Made by a program: the position numbers and the translations under genes. This document shows positions 13,521-27,346 of a DNA stretch of 64,000 nt, in pieces; position 1 is the first letter of the stretch, and every line of letters begins with the position of its first letter. The DNA comes from Lama glama (taxonomy: Eukaryota). Below the pieces are notes generated by a model that was not told the DNA's origin, did not search any database, and saw only the letters and a list, made by a program, of their open reading frames with translations. The stretch is from the NCBI GenBank assembly GCA_028534125.1, contig CM052817.1, positions 58,282,001 to 58,346,000 on the forward strand, read 5' to 3'.

Positions 13521-14865
13521 TTAGTTCACATTACTCAAAGGGGGAATGATGCTAATTAAACAATTTTGAATAAAATACAATGTTTGAAAATGCTTTAAAA
13601 TTGTAAACTACTATAAAAGTTAGTTATCATTATGTACTTTAGAAAAGCATCATTAAATTCCTTAGAAGATCCTTATTTATTTTCTAGAACCAGTAGTTTC
13701 TATTTATTGAGCACATAACCTCTAGAGAACGTGAAACTGTGATGGTTTGTAGGGTGTGATCAGCCTTGACTATAGTTTTGTGGTAGATAAATTGTGCAGT
13801 CAGTAATCTGCACTTAGATAATCAAAAAACACCTACATGTGGGGCATATGTTTGTTCTGTAAAGCAGTGATCTTGGAGATGTGGACGGCTCATCATTCTT
13901 TTCTGGTGTTTTGTCTGGTGAGGTTCAAGAGTCCATTCAGCAGAAAGGGGCTCTTTGTGGTTGTGTTTCTGTCAGGAGCTACCCATCCCTACCTGATGAT
14001 GGTCAATATATTGCTTATAAATTAGCATACAATAAAACTTGTATTCCTTCAGATAAAAATTATGTGCATTTTTAATGTAGTACTTAACATTAAAATTGAT
14101 TAAGTTCGTTTACAGCACTCTACTTTTATCATAATATTTTAATTTACTTTGAAACCATAATCAAGAGAAACAAAATAGAATGATTTTTACTGTATTAATT
14201 TATACAGCTCCACATGTCTGTATACCCATAGTTCATATCACAACATACTTGGAATGTAAGTTTCTCAAAATAAATCAAATGCAGTTTTCCAGCAACATGA
14301 AAACCTGTTCTTTTTATTTCCGAAGACTGGCACTGTTCAAACGTATACAGTGCTTTCTCCGCAGTAGTAGGGAAATACTTTATCATAGTAGTTAAAAAGT
14401 AAATTATTAAATTTTTGGTTTTCAATTCTGGTTTTGCCATTGTGTGACATATGACAAAATTCAGCCTCAGTTTCTTCATGTACAAAGCAGAAATAAGCAT
14501 ATGCGTATGTGAAAAATGTGTATGTACTTATGAGGATTAATTGAGATAATAACTGCTACTAATTTTATTATTACTTAAAGTCTCAGAATACAGTAAGTGT
14601 GTATAATATTGTATAACTGTCACAACCATTGGGAGTTGTGTGGCTTCTGTTACTCTGTTATTTGCTTCTGTTCCTTCTTCTGCCCCCTCAATTTCCTATC
14701 TGTTCTACAACATCTAGCTTAAATAAACTTACAACATTTCATTCTATTTATCTTCTTTGGCTGTTCTCAGGAACTTTGAATTACCTTCAAATGGGAAAAG
14801 ACAGCTTATGCCTCAAAATAAGTCTAGACTAAACTCTTAATCAGTATTATGATAGGCCTGGAGGC

Positions 14866-15374
14866 TGTTGGGAGCTACTTCATGGAACTCGTTTGTTTCT
14901 TGGGAGCAGAGACACAAATCTTCCTGTCTGCCTTAGATTTCACACTACTTTTTCAAGGATGTTTGTATAGTGAAGTCTGTCTTAGAAGATATATTTAGTG
15001 CCTCTCTCCTGAACAAAAAGCAGATTTGTTTTTTTCTTCACTGTAATCATAGCTCCCTCTAGGGCAAAGTTTAGGCAAACTTACTTTCCACTTTAAAGGA
15101 TTCAAGTGCTCTAAGCTCGGTGTTGCTCTCTTTTGGTACACCTCTCTGTGTGTGCAGGCATGTTTTGGCCCTCTGTGTGACACTCTGTGAGAATTAGGGC
15201 TCAGAGAACCCATGCAAATGTTGACATTCTTGTTATTACTACTGCCATGAGTAATAATGTCCTTTGTTTCTGATACAGAGATCTTGTGTCTTATATCAGC
15301 ATTCATAAAACTAAGTTTGGCCAGATAATACCTGCACATATAGTACAGTCTCAGATCCCTCACAGTTCTTGACA
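14866..15374 (+). mobile_element. Solo LTR, LTR40-like (ERVL class)
   Basis: TG…CA termini (tgttgggag…cacagttcttgaca); shares blocks (tttcaaggatgtttgtatag, tgagtaataa, ttcttgaca) with the two proviral LTRs at 28.5 and 31.6 kb. Confidence 0.8.
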
Positions 15375-16129
15375 TGAATCAAGGGAACAGAGGGAGTTTT
15401 GGTGAAAAACAACTCAGCATGCCAAAATGGTGCACAAAAGGTGTGTAACATAAACTCATCCAGTTAAAACTATATCTACAATTTAAGAAAACATTTGGTG
15501 TTTTTCAGTTATCACCAAAAAGGTAAAAAATGATGGTAATAAAATGGTTTAGAAACATCAATTATGTACCTAAATTTCTTGATTTAGAGAGACCAAAGGC
15601 AAGGATTTACTGAAAATGATCACATACTGATTACAAAAATATCACATATCTAATTCTTAAATCTCTTTCTTCAGAATATTTGAGTATGACCAAGTTAGTT
15701 AGAAAACAGTTCCTACTACATGCTTTCCAACAATTTCCTTCCTTTCCCACTGGTTTCTCCACTTTTCCAGCTCTGACTAAACATGGTCATCCCAACCACA
15801 GGTATCCCTGTGGTGGTTTTTGATCCTCAGTCTCCTTATTTCTGACTTCCAGGAGCTTTTCATAAAGTATCAAGGCATCACTCTAAGGGCTGCAGTTTGA
15901 CTACAATGAAGCAGGCTTTGTTCCTTTGCAGTAAGTATAGTATGACATTAATAGCTTCATACAGAAAATGCCTTCTAAGTTGTGTGAATACATTAATTTT
16001 GTCAATCTGTGGATTTGTAGATTTGTCCTTGGAAAATTGCAAATTGAGTAACTATACATTATCATTTAAAGTGAATGGATCTCAAATATTTATTTAACAT
16101 TTAATATTGTACCTACTATTGTTTATAAG

Positions 16130-16260
16130 TATTAATGCATTAATTCACATAATGATTCTTTTATCCCTGTTTTACATGTGAGACAGCAGAGGCACTAAGA
16201 AGGTAAATAACTTGCCTCAGGTTGCACAGCTCATATATGGCAAAGCTGGGACTCAATATG
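16130..16260 (-). mobile_element. MIR SINE fragment
   Basis: atccctgttttacatgtgagacagcagaggcactaagaaggtaaataacttgcctcaggttgcacagct. Confidence 0.75.
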
Positions 16261-17947
16261 TGTGAAGGAAATAAAGTTGAAATGCCCCAGTCCTTGTTTT
16301 CCAGTTGAGACTGACAAATTTTAGAGCAGTTCTCTTCTAGCCAGTTTCTAATCAAGCATTTGTCATAGTACTTTGTAATCATCTGATTTTATTATTTCTC
16401 TAAATAAACAGTAGGCACCCTGGGAACAGGAATATCTTTTGTCTGTTAAATTGTGGGGTTTTTTTCTTTTTCATTTTAGTATTGTAAATCCTGAAGGGAT
16501 ACTAACAGAATTTTTGGCACATAATAGGTGCTACATAAATGCTTGTTGATCAGTATGTGGTCCCTAAAGTATGCCAGAACTTCAGGGATTTTTCTTTTGT
16601 TTTACATTTTCTGACTTTAGTGTACTCATGTGTTTGAAAAATTTATTCCAAAAAAAAAACCCCAAACACTGCTTACCCAAATACAACTTGTCATGTTAGC
16701 TGTGATTTGGTAAACGTAGACTTGAAAATCTATGAAACAATACACAGTGAAATTATTTTATTACTAATTTATAACCTACAATTTCAAACTTAAAATATTG
16801 TACAATTTTCTTTAATATGATTGTCTCCAGTTTGTTTTCCCAACTGCTATTATATTAGAGCTTTTCTGTAGTCATCTAATGTTGCCAGCTAGAGTATGGA
16901 AGAATTACCTTTTGAAAACATGTTTATTCTACAGAGAGATGGGAAAATAATGCAAAATAGTTTTGATGGTAATATCATATTTATACTGTTGCAGTATCTC
17001 TTGAAAAAACTGTTTAGGGATACCCTTTGCTTTGTTACTTTTTCAAAAGTAGCATTTGTTATTTTAAAGTTGCCCTTATAAACTTTTTTTCCATGTTGGA
17101 AAGCAAGTGGAAGAACAAAAGTAGGAAATGATCTTGCTTTAGTAAATTGAGTTTATAAATTCTGTCTTTTTTCTTGTAACTTGGTGGGAAGAAAGAACTT
17201 TATACCCAAATTAAAAACAATTTCTGTGTGACACCTTTTTTTTTTGCCTTTTGATAGACAATAATGTTGACTCCTGGGGTTCGAAGAGGGGTGTGAAGAG
17301 TAGAAAATGTGAGCCTTTTTGAATTACCTGCCTCTTTCCTCCAAACAGGGAATCCTAAATCTCCCTCTACTCACATTTTCCATTCAAACTCCAATCCTAT
17401 TTATTACCAAAGATTGAAGTTAACTGTCTTTAGTGATAGAAATTTGAAAATTGTATGAATTACCAGATGGAATGAAAGGTTGAAAATCACTAAAATAGAT
17501 GGTGCTCTAGTATTACAAGATAGAAGAAAATTACAGTTTAAAAAACTTGATATTTTATTTATAAGTTGGTGAAAATGTAAACTATGGAGTAACTTCTAAA
17601 GCCAACTTTTTACTAAAAATCAGCTCAAACATTACACAGAGCTTATATAGTAAAAAGTATCAGTAGTTTTATATCTTAAGTAGTACTTAAATCCTGCCAA
17701 TTTTACTTTAAATATTTAAATACACTTATTTAAAAATATTCATCCAGATCTTGCTCCATGACTTCTCTTTTTTAAAATTTTCATGGGAAATAGAGTAAAA
17801 AAAAATCACAGAAGTGTTAAAATAGGTTAAAAAAAGGGGGAAATTGGAAAGCAGAGAGAGGAAGAGGAAAAAGTGGGAAAATAATACAAGGCATATGATC
17901 ACAGGTGAGGCCAGTAAGCCTAGCTCTGAGCAGAGGAGTATATGTGA

Positions 17948-18008
17948 AAGTGTGTGTATATATGTATTCATATATATATGTATATGTATATGTATAGATA
18001 TATAGATA
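17948..18008. repeat. (TA)/(TATATG)n low-complexity repeat
   Basis: gtgtgtgtatatatgtattcatatatatatgtatatgtatatgtatagatatatagata. Confidence 0.85.
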
Positions 18009-18789
18009 GTTCTCACATTTTTCTTCCACTTATCTCTCTCAATTTCTACCTGAATTGGTCAACGTGCAAAGTTTGTAGTTTAAAGACTTTTTGATTGTTT
18101 TAAATTGTTTAAATACATATATAAATATTCCTACAGTCTTTTTTCTTGGCATCATTATTGTATTTGTAAGATTATCTTTGCTTTAGTTACCCATTTAGCA
18201 TATTATTATGAAATTAATAGTATGTAGAATAATATTTTATTGCATTCTATGGTATTTTTATCTATTTTTTTCCTAGATAGTCTTGGCCAAAAATTAAATT
18301 TCAAAGCCAAAAATCATAAAGCTCAATGTTTCTGTAAAGACAAAACCAAAGAATGATTTAAATCTTGATTACCAATTAAGATGTTCAATATTCATAGCCA
18401 TGGTAACAGTAAGATTTTAAATAGTGGCAATAGAATAGTTATCATGATACTGTTTTCATGATGTTACTGTCATTCATCATTAGCCATTTTTTTTTATAAA
18501 ATTACAATTGTATTTCCAAATAAAAAGACTGCTTTATATTCAGGATCCTTTATAACAACTGAAGATAAAGATTTCAGTATTTTAATCACTTTAGAATCAA
18601 CATGATTATTTATTTTAAACAATGTATTTAATGCAAGAGTTTAATTACTTAGGTTTTTTATTATGCCCAGTGCAAAGTAGATTTAAATGATATAATCCAG
18701 ACTGTTTTGTAAGTTTTATACATAACAATTTAATTGGCTGAACCAAAAGTGGGTATTCTTAGAAACCAACCACATATAGTCAGTTGGTA

Positions 18790-20730
18790 GTCTTTTGTGG
18801 TAAGATGACTGAATGAAGAGAGATCACGGAATTCCCTTACTACAAAATTCAATGAAATGTGTGGATGTCATGAAAATCAAAACAAACAATATTCTCTTAA
18901 CCTGTGACCATACAATACCACGCCTTTAAAATGAAGTTCCTCCAGAAGGGAAAGCAATTATTATGGACAGGAATAAAAATTCATGTGGACTAGTTTGAAA
19001 CAATTGTATAATACCAACAGAATTATCAACATAAAAAAAAAGGAATGAGATATAAAAGTAAATGAGGAAATTGTAGTTATCTACTACTAAATCAAAAAGA
19101 TGAAGGAAAGGAATGAAGAATAGAATAAACAGCAAACATCCAAAATACATTCTGGAAAAAAGACAAAAATATTTCATTCTGGAAAACAACAGCAGCAAAA
19201 ACAACAATAAACAGAAGAAAATCTCACACAAGAACTGTGCATTTTAGTGCAGTGACTAAGCACTCAGTCTTTATAAGCTAGACTGATGGGGTGGAATGCC
19301 AGATCCCAGGGTGATCTTAAGCAAGTAACTTAATGTTTCTGTGTTTTAGTTTTGTCATATCTAATATGAGGATAATATTAGCATTTTCCTCCAGGATTTT
19401 TGTAGGAAAATTAAACGTATTACTATATGAAGTACAGTATCTGTTGGGTAGCCAGTGCTTATTAAGTTTTAGCTAATCATATTTTGTCTTTAGAAAAGCC
19501 TAAGGAAAAAAGAACTGAAAGAAAAATGCAAAGGAGAAATTAATTTTAAAGTAAGGCACCAAAGATAAAAGAATATATCAATGTAAAAAAGTAGAATTTC
19601 TGGAACTAAGAATATAAAATGAGAAAAAAAAAAAGCAAGGCCTTTGCAGGATTAATTTCATAATCATTATAAATGATTTTGAAAGTTATGGCTGAAAACT
19701 GAGTTGATGACACAAATAGAAGTTTCCAGAGAATAGTCCAATTGAATGTGGAGGGATATAGCAACAATTAAAATAACAACTCAATGGACAACATTTGAAA
19801 TAAGCATGATGGGGTCTATGAAGTAAAGAACTTAACACATTTGAACAGAAAAAAGGCCTCAAGTATTTACTGCCATAGAAAGTTACTGAAATAAAAGAAA
19901 AGTAATAGTTTGGATTAAAAGGGTTACAGTATTTCAGGAAATTTATTACAAAATGATTGGCAGGATTGCGTATAAAATTTCTGAAATTCAAAAATAAAGA
20001 ATTTTACAAGTTTTCAGGTATTAATCTCAAATCTTTTTCAAAAGGGAAACATTTATGATGATCCTCAGACTTCTGCAGAAGAACACCAATGCCATAAGAT
20101 AATGAATTAATAGGTATGAAATCCTGAGGAACAAATAGTACAATCCGAGAGTTTACACACATCTAAATTGTCGTTTGAATAGAGGCAATCAAAATGCTCA
20201 GACAGGTAGAAACTAAGGCAAGGTGACACCCATGATCACTTTGAGAAAAACCAAAAGCAAATGAAATATGTCAACCAGGATAAGAATGAGTAAGATTTTG
20301 CTTTTTAAAAAAGGGGAGTGGATTAGATTAAAAATATATGTGTATGCATGTCCATGTATGTGTACCTTTGTGTGTGCATGAATGTGTGTGTTTAAAGTTA
20401 ATTCATTCCTTTTTTGTGTTTGTTTTCTAAGGAAAACCTTTTCCCTTCATAGCTTGGTTGACAGGGCTTTGTCAAAAGGTAGTACAGAATGTAAATATTA
20501 TAAGCCCAAACAATGTACCATCAATAACAGCAGCAACAATAATATTAATACAAATTCAAAATTATGAGGTAGAAGGGAGAAGCCAAAAGGAATATAAACA
20601 TACTGTTTTTTAATCTTGCATAGTTAGAAGCCATTACATACCACTTAAACTTAATAAAATTTCTAAAATTATAGTATGAATTATGTAAATTTCTAAAGAC
20701 CAGAAAAAACTAAAGTTATACATTATCATA
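18790..20730 (+). mobile_element. HAL1/L1ME-like ORF1-bearing remnant (contains a MIR at ~19230-19480)
   Basis: A-rich ORF1-like stretches; C-terminal-like ctcagacttc…aatgccataagataatg…aatccgagagtttacac…ctaaattgtcgttt at ~20060-20180. Confidence 0.55.
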
Positions 20731-20734
20731 ATTT

Positions 20735-21550
20735 GATATATGCTTCTATTATGCCAGTATCATACTGTATTGATTACTATAGTTTTGTTATATAGTTTGG
20801 AACCAGGGAATGTGTTGCCTCCAGCTTTGTTCTTTCTTAAGAATGCTTTAGCTATTCAGGGTCTTCAATGGTTCTCTATGAATTTTATGGTTTTTTTAAT
20901 TGATGTGAAAAATGTAATTGGAACTTTGATAAGGGTTGCATTGAATCTACAGATCTTAGAATGGACATTTTAACAATGTTATTTCTTCCAATCCATAAAC
21001 AGAAGATATATTTCCATTTATTTGTGTTTTCTTCAATTTCTTTCATCAATGTATTACAGGTTTCAGTTCAGAAATCCTTCACTTCCTTGGTTAAGTTTAT
21101 TTCTAAGTATTTTATTGTTTTTTCTGTTACTGTAAAAGAGTTTGTATTCTATCTTTTTTCAGATGGCTTGTTGTTAGTGTACTGAAATGCAACTGACTTT
21201 TTATGTTGATTTTGTATCCTGCAGTTTTTCTGAATTCATTTATTGGTTTTAACAGGTTTTTGGTAGAGTCCTTAGGCTTTCCTATATGTAAGATTATGTC
21301 ATCTGCAAACAGAGACAGTTTTCCTTCTTCCTCTCTGATTTTGATGCCTTTTATTTCTTTTTCTTGTCTAATTGCTCAGATTAGGACTTCGAGTTCTATA
21401 TTGAGTAGAAGTGGTGAGAATTGCCATTCTTGTTTTTGTTCCTGATCTTAGAGGAAAAACTTTCCGCTTTTCATTGTTGCATATTATGTTAGCTATGGGC
21501 TTGTTATATGGCTATTTTGTGTTGAGTTACATTCTTTAATCATATGACAT
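20735..21550 (-). mobile_element. L1 ORF2 (RT region) fragment
   Basis: Typical antisense L1 ORF2 text (gcctccagctttgttctt…atgtcatctgcaaacagagacagttt…ttgttcctgatcttagagg). Confidence 0.9.
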
Positions 21551-21699
21551 TTTAAGGGAGAAACTGAGGATCCAGTGAGCTAACCCTATTATTGTTTGAC
21601 TTGCAGTCTTTTAACTGTGCTCTAAAATCCCCTCACTAAATAAAGTATTGAATTAAAAAAATACCCTCCATAATTTTCTCTTCTATGACAAAAATATGA

Positions 21700-21933
21700 A
21701 AGACTTGTTAATAATACTATATTATATACTTGAAATTTCCTGAGTAGATCTTAAGGGTTTTCATCACACACCCAGAAAGGGTAACTTTGCAGGGTGACAT
21801 TTATGTTAATTAGCTTGATGGTGGTAATCACTTCATGATGTATATGCATATCAAAATATATTGTATGTCTTAAATATGTATACTTTTAATTTTCAATTAT
21901 TCGTTAATAAAGCTGAAAAATAATAAAAATAAA
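21700..21933 (+). mobile_element. L1MA/L1MB-type 3'UTR end
   Basis: agtagatcttaag…tatgttaattagcttgatggtggtaatcacttca…aataaagctgaaaaataataaaa. Confidence 0.75.
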
Positions 21934-23168
21934 GATTTGAGAAATTGTTTCAATAAATAAGAAGCTATTGAAGTATTTTCTACATATATGAGATAGTACT
22001 ATTTTCATGGTGGTAGGCAAAAAATACCAATTATAAGGAAAACTGTAAAGTTGGCAAAGTCTGTCTTTAATCTTTTAGCTTTGCCTTTCTGATAACTGAT
22101 AACATTGGAAGTCCTAGCTTTCCCCTTGCCTATAGGAGGGAATTCTGAGTTTCTAATTCTGTAATTTAAGGTGCTTTGGTCTTATGGAAGAATTTGGGGT
22201 GGGGGGAAGAACAATGTAGTGTGCTTATAATATATATCTTATTGGCTATCACCTACTTTGCCTTCAGATGTTATTTGAAAGCCACCACTTTCAAACTATA
22301 AATATATGATAGATGAATTTAATCCATAATGTTTATTAGGATGAATTATTTTCCTACATACCATAAATTTTCTCCTAATATCTTGGTGATAAATTTGAAC
22401 AATTTATGCATTCATTATTATTCAAGTTAAGAGAGAAAGTTGTTTTAGAATATGGGGATTTTAGGTAAGGCTAGACTCCTGAGTGTCTTTGAAAGCACTC
22501 AGTCTGGTGAGATGGCAGAGCAGAGCCATTAAAATGTTACATATAATGGTTGGCCAAATAAAGTATTTTAGAATTTAGAATTTTTCTGTGATTATAGTGA
22601 CTATACCATATGTTACAGAAAAATGGGTGTGTAAATTCATTACTGTGAATAAATTTTTGGTTGTTATTTCTTTGAGATATTGGGAAAAGATAAGATGGTC
22701 TTCATCTTCTTAGTAGCATTTTATAACTTACTATGACTATACTGTTTTAAAAACTTGAGGATAATCTGGTATAATGAAAACTTACACTTTATTTGATGAA
22801 AATTGAAGAAATGTAACTGCATCATCTTTTTTGTTAACTTTTTAAACTTGAGTTGTACCTAACAGAATTATTTATAAAGCCTAATCAAGAAAATAGAAAA
22901 CATTTGTTTTCTTGTTTAGTTTTTGTTTATTTTTCTAAAAAAAATTAATTTAAACTGTATTCATAGACATACATTGATTAATATTAGAGCCGTCTGGCAT
23001 AGACACCTGCCACCTCATTGACTTCCAGGTTGTCTTGGCTGCTCTACCTGGCATGGCAGGTACCTACATCTTTCTTCACAACTCCAGGTTGGTCTTTCCA
23101 CATCTGCAGTTTCTGTGAAGATGTCAATCTTCCTACATGGAAGAGAGTATTTTTCAATTAAGAATATA

Positions 23169-23270
23169 CGAAGATTGTGCTGTACACCAGAAATTGACAC
23201 AACATTGTAAAAATAAATAAAATATAAAGTAAAATAAAATAAAGTAAAACAACAAACAGTAAAAACACAA
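23169..23270 (+). mobile_element. Ultra-short L1 3' fragment with long A-rich tail and 9-bp TSD
   Basis: gaagattgtgctgtacaccagaaattgacacaacattgt matches the L1 3' end at ~945-985; TSD AAGAATATA at 23160-23168 and 23271-23279. Confidence 0.85.
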
Positions 23271-25554
23271 AAGAATATAGGGAGAGGACGGTAGTTTTTA
23301 GAATTGTGAAACCAGATCTTAATAACCATAAAAAGTATGTTGATTTTCACTTATTTCTAGAAAATTGGCTATAGATAGTAGGTTATTTTCACAGTGCAGA
23401 ACTAAAGCCTCAGTGCGTATGGTGATCTTGAATAAAAAATGACTTCACATACTTCACGTGTTTTTGGTCATCTACATTTCTCAGCTTTAGGAGTAAAATT
23501 GAACATTATTCAAAATTCAGCATTTTTATGTCTTTTGTGGGAAATTTGCTTGTAAAAATCAGCCTGCATTTTCTAGCTTATTACACACATTATTTTAGGA
23601 AAGCCCATTTTAAATGATCCTTTTCAAAGGATAAAAGCTTTTCAGATTTTTTTCTTGTATGAAAGACATTCAAAAGCTTTACCTTATGCATATATAGCAT
23701 TTTAATCATGGTTGCAAATAATTCTGGAAATATAAAGCTCCTGCTGTTTTTGTTGTTTTTATATATATTTTATTCTCCTTTCAAAGAATGTGGAATTGCA
23801 AGAGGTGGAATATTTAATTTTAACCATGAATTATTCAGACTTGTTTCTCAAACTTAACATTAGTTTAAATGGCTTAATGTTTTTTAGTGATCTTTAGATT
23901 TTCTAATGCAGCTTGTAAAGCAACATTTTGTAGCTGGTACAAAGCTTGATGAATTAGCAGCTACAAGCTATTGCAGGAAATAAACCCAGACCTTGCCTAT
24001 AAATAACTGTCTAATTTTAATCTGATTTTCTAGCATCATATAAGATAAAACTGTTTATAGTTTTCTAGAGTGTGTGATCATCTTGTCTACTTTTTGGGGA
24101 GATTGTGGGAGCAAATGAATTCAGTTATTTTCCTTAAAATATCCCTGCTCCAAGAAATCTATTATTCTTTTGGAAAGTAATCCCTATATTGTCTATTTTT
24201 TAAATCACAAAATTGTGAAGGATAGTGGTAACATGCCCTTCAAAATTAACATTTTGGTTCTATGTTTTTAAGTTATGCTAGCATCCATAATTGAATATAT
24301 AAATAAAAATTGTTTTTAAATAACTGCTGTGGCATAACACATGATTTTTATATATTTTACTTACCTTTTAATTTAAGTGGTAAGATAACTTCATTATTCA
24401 AAATATGAATGGAAATTTATACATATTGAAAATAAATAACTAGACTAGTAATTAGTCAAATAAGAAAATAGCTATAAAAGAGGTTGATGTAAAAGCATCA
24501 TAGCCACAAGAAATACTATTGTTTTTATTATTGTTATTATGATTGTGAATAATTTGAAGTTACAAAGTCCTTAGAAATCATCTAGTTCAACTTGTTTTTA
24601 TTATGAATGAACAGACCTAGTTAAGTTTAATAGCACCATAAACTGAAACCAATGTTAGGATTAGGGTCATATCATAGGTGAAATGATACCAGAAATTTTC
24701 TTGCTGGTTAATTATTTGATGAGAACTCTATGAAAAATCATCCTTAGATGATTGCATGCATCAGTTTGCTATAAATTAATATGGATGACCTAGAAAAAAA
24801 TGAATGTAACTGGAATTAATTTAGAACACTTATGAATAAACTGTTCATCCTACAGCATACATCTGAAAGAGGAAATACAAGGAGGAAAAATAAATTACAA
24901 AAATCAATCTAAGAACCCATACATATGGATCTCTGAAAACTTGACATCCTGTTCAATTACTAGTCAATAATTATTTTTGAACTCTTTGAATACGCTTGTA
25001 CTCTTCAACTGCCATACACTTTCTTGGGTCACAGAACACTAAAGTACATAGTTTCTGCCATTAGGGAGCTCAAAGTCTTCCTGGGGTAAAGGGTGCTTAA
25101 ATCTAAAATAAATACATGCAACATAATGTTTATATGACCCCATAATTCTATGATGTAGTCTAGGTGATTTATTTAATAAAAGTTTGAAAATAGTGTAATG
25201 GTATTTAAATGGAGCAGTAAGAAAATATTTCAAATTTGAGCAGCAATCCAATGGTAGCTAATGAGAAAAGAAAGGAATATTGTGAGAGGGGTGATATGAA
25301 TGTGGATACAGAGGGGAAATATGGTGATTTTGGAGCAGTAGATGATGTGTTTTATAGATCGTTTTCAAAAGCTATTTTGAGATCATATTGTATAGTTTTC
25401 TGAACATTTTATCAATAGTCATATAATCAATTCTTCATTTACTAAAAGGTACTACAGTTTTTTTGAATTGGCAAATGATGTGATGATTCTGATGTTTAAA
25501 ATACATTAACCTGATGACAGTATGTGGAATTCACTAAAGAAATGAGAAAATACA

Positions 25555-26720
25555 ACCTGTCTTTATGACTTTCAGGTACTCTGAGTACCTTAGATGAGTG
25601 CAGTCATAGTATTTCTCTTTTTTGTGACTGGCTTATTTCACTTAACATAATGTCTTCAAGGTTCATCAATATGTCAGAATTTTCTTCCTTTTTAAGGCTG
25701 AATAATGCTCCATTGTATGTATATACCACATTTTGTCTATCTATTCATCTGTCTGTGGACGCTGGGTTCCTTCCATCTTCTGGCTATTGTGACTAATGCT
25801 ACTAAGAACATGGTCTAGGGAGAGGTGAAATGGGGAAATGTTTAATGGGTATAGAATTTCAGTTTCTGTGAGATGAAAAGAGTTCTGGAGATTCAACAGT
25901 GTGAATGTACTTAATACCACTGAACTGTACACTCACAATGAGATGTCACATCATGCCTGTTAGAATGGCTATTATCAAAAGGCAACAAATAGCAACTGCT
26001 GGTGAGAATGTTAAAAGCAGGGAACTCTCATGCATTGCTGATGGAAATGTAAATTGGTGCAGCCACTATGGAAGATGGTATGGAGATTCCTCAAAAAGTT
26101 AAGAATAGAACTACCATGTGATCCAGCTATCATACTTCTGAGTATTTATCCAAAGGATAGGAAAACACTAATTCATAAAGATATGCACCTCTGTATTATT
26201 TACAGTAGCCAAAATATGGAAATAATCCTAGTACTCATTGATGAATCAGTGGATAAAATGTGGTATATATACAGCTATATCAGCCATAAAAAAGATAAAA
26301 TCTTGCCATTTGCAACAACATGATTGGGCCTCGAAGGAATTATGCTACGTGAAATAAGTCAGATGGAGAAAGACAAATACTATGTGATTTCATTCATATA
26401 TGGAATATAAAAAATAAACTAACTAAATAAATAAATGAACAAATAAAACCAAATAACATACACATAGATACAGAGATCAGAGTAGTGGTTATCAGAGGGG
26501 AAGGGGAGCTGGGGAGGGTGAACTGGCAAAAAGGGTCAACTTTATGGTGATGGATAGAAACTAAATTTTTGGTGGTGAGCACCCTGTAGTATATACAGAA
26601 GTTGAAATATAATGTACACATGAAATTGTAGAATGTTATAAACAAGTGTTACCTCAATTTAAAAATGGTTAATATGGCAAATTTTATGTTACATATTTTA
26701 TTGCATTTAAAATTTTTTAA
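25555..26720. mobile_element. Inverted L1MB-like 3' element with a nested younger L1 (25933-~26660, +)
   Basis: Minus-strand L1 at 25555-25813 abuts a plus-strand L1MB 3'UTR (25814-25932), which resumes after the nested L1 (aaaaatggttaatatggcaaattttatgtta). The nested ORF2 end reads [25 protein letters not shown]. Confidence 0.8.
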
Positions 26721-27346
26721 TATAAATACATTTTTAAAAAACAATCAAACAAAAAATAAATGAAAGAATAAGGATAAACAAACTGTTGCATCAGCCAAGG
26801 CATGAGATGATAAGGACCCAGACTTCATTAAGCCACACTACTTATTCATGGATCCAACTACCTGTCTATACATTCAATACATAGTCTATTGAGAACTACT
26901 GATTTTTGTGTAGTGTGCTGGATCAAACAGGGCTCACTGGTGTAGTGTGTGTGTTCATGGGTGGTGTGTAGTAAAGGGAGAACAGACTTATAAGTTAGGG
27001 ATGATCATATATTGCTCTAAGTGATATGATAGAGTTATGTTTTGCCATAAAGACATAAATTGGCATCATTAGGAAGGATTTTCTAGGAATGATACTTGAT
27101 GGACAAAAAAATTATCCTGGTGGACAGCCATATTGGAAGCAGCAGGATTATTACATACAAAACAGTACTGGGTAATATTGCATTTTGTGGAACTAAATAT
27201 GGTTCAATGTGTTTAGAATAAAGTGCACAGTCACTGAAGTAGTAAGTCATGACATTGGAAACAGGTGTATTCCTTAAAAGTATAAATAACTAAAATGTTG
27301 CTCTGCATGCTTTTCTATCAGAAATATAACTTTGTTATTTTTCTTT

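Noticed and set aside
23928..23966. 9-bp inverted repeat ttgtagctg/cagctacaa
   Set aside because: Too short to distinguish from chance in 64 kb.
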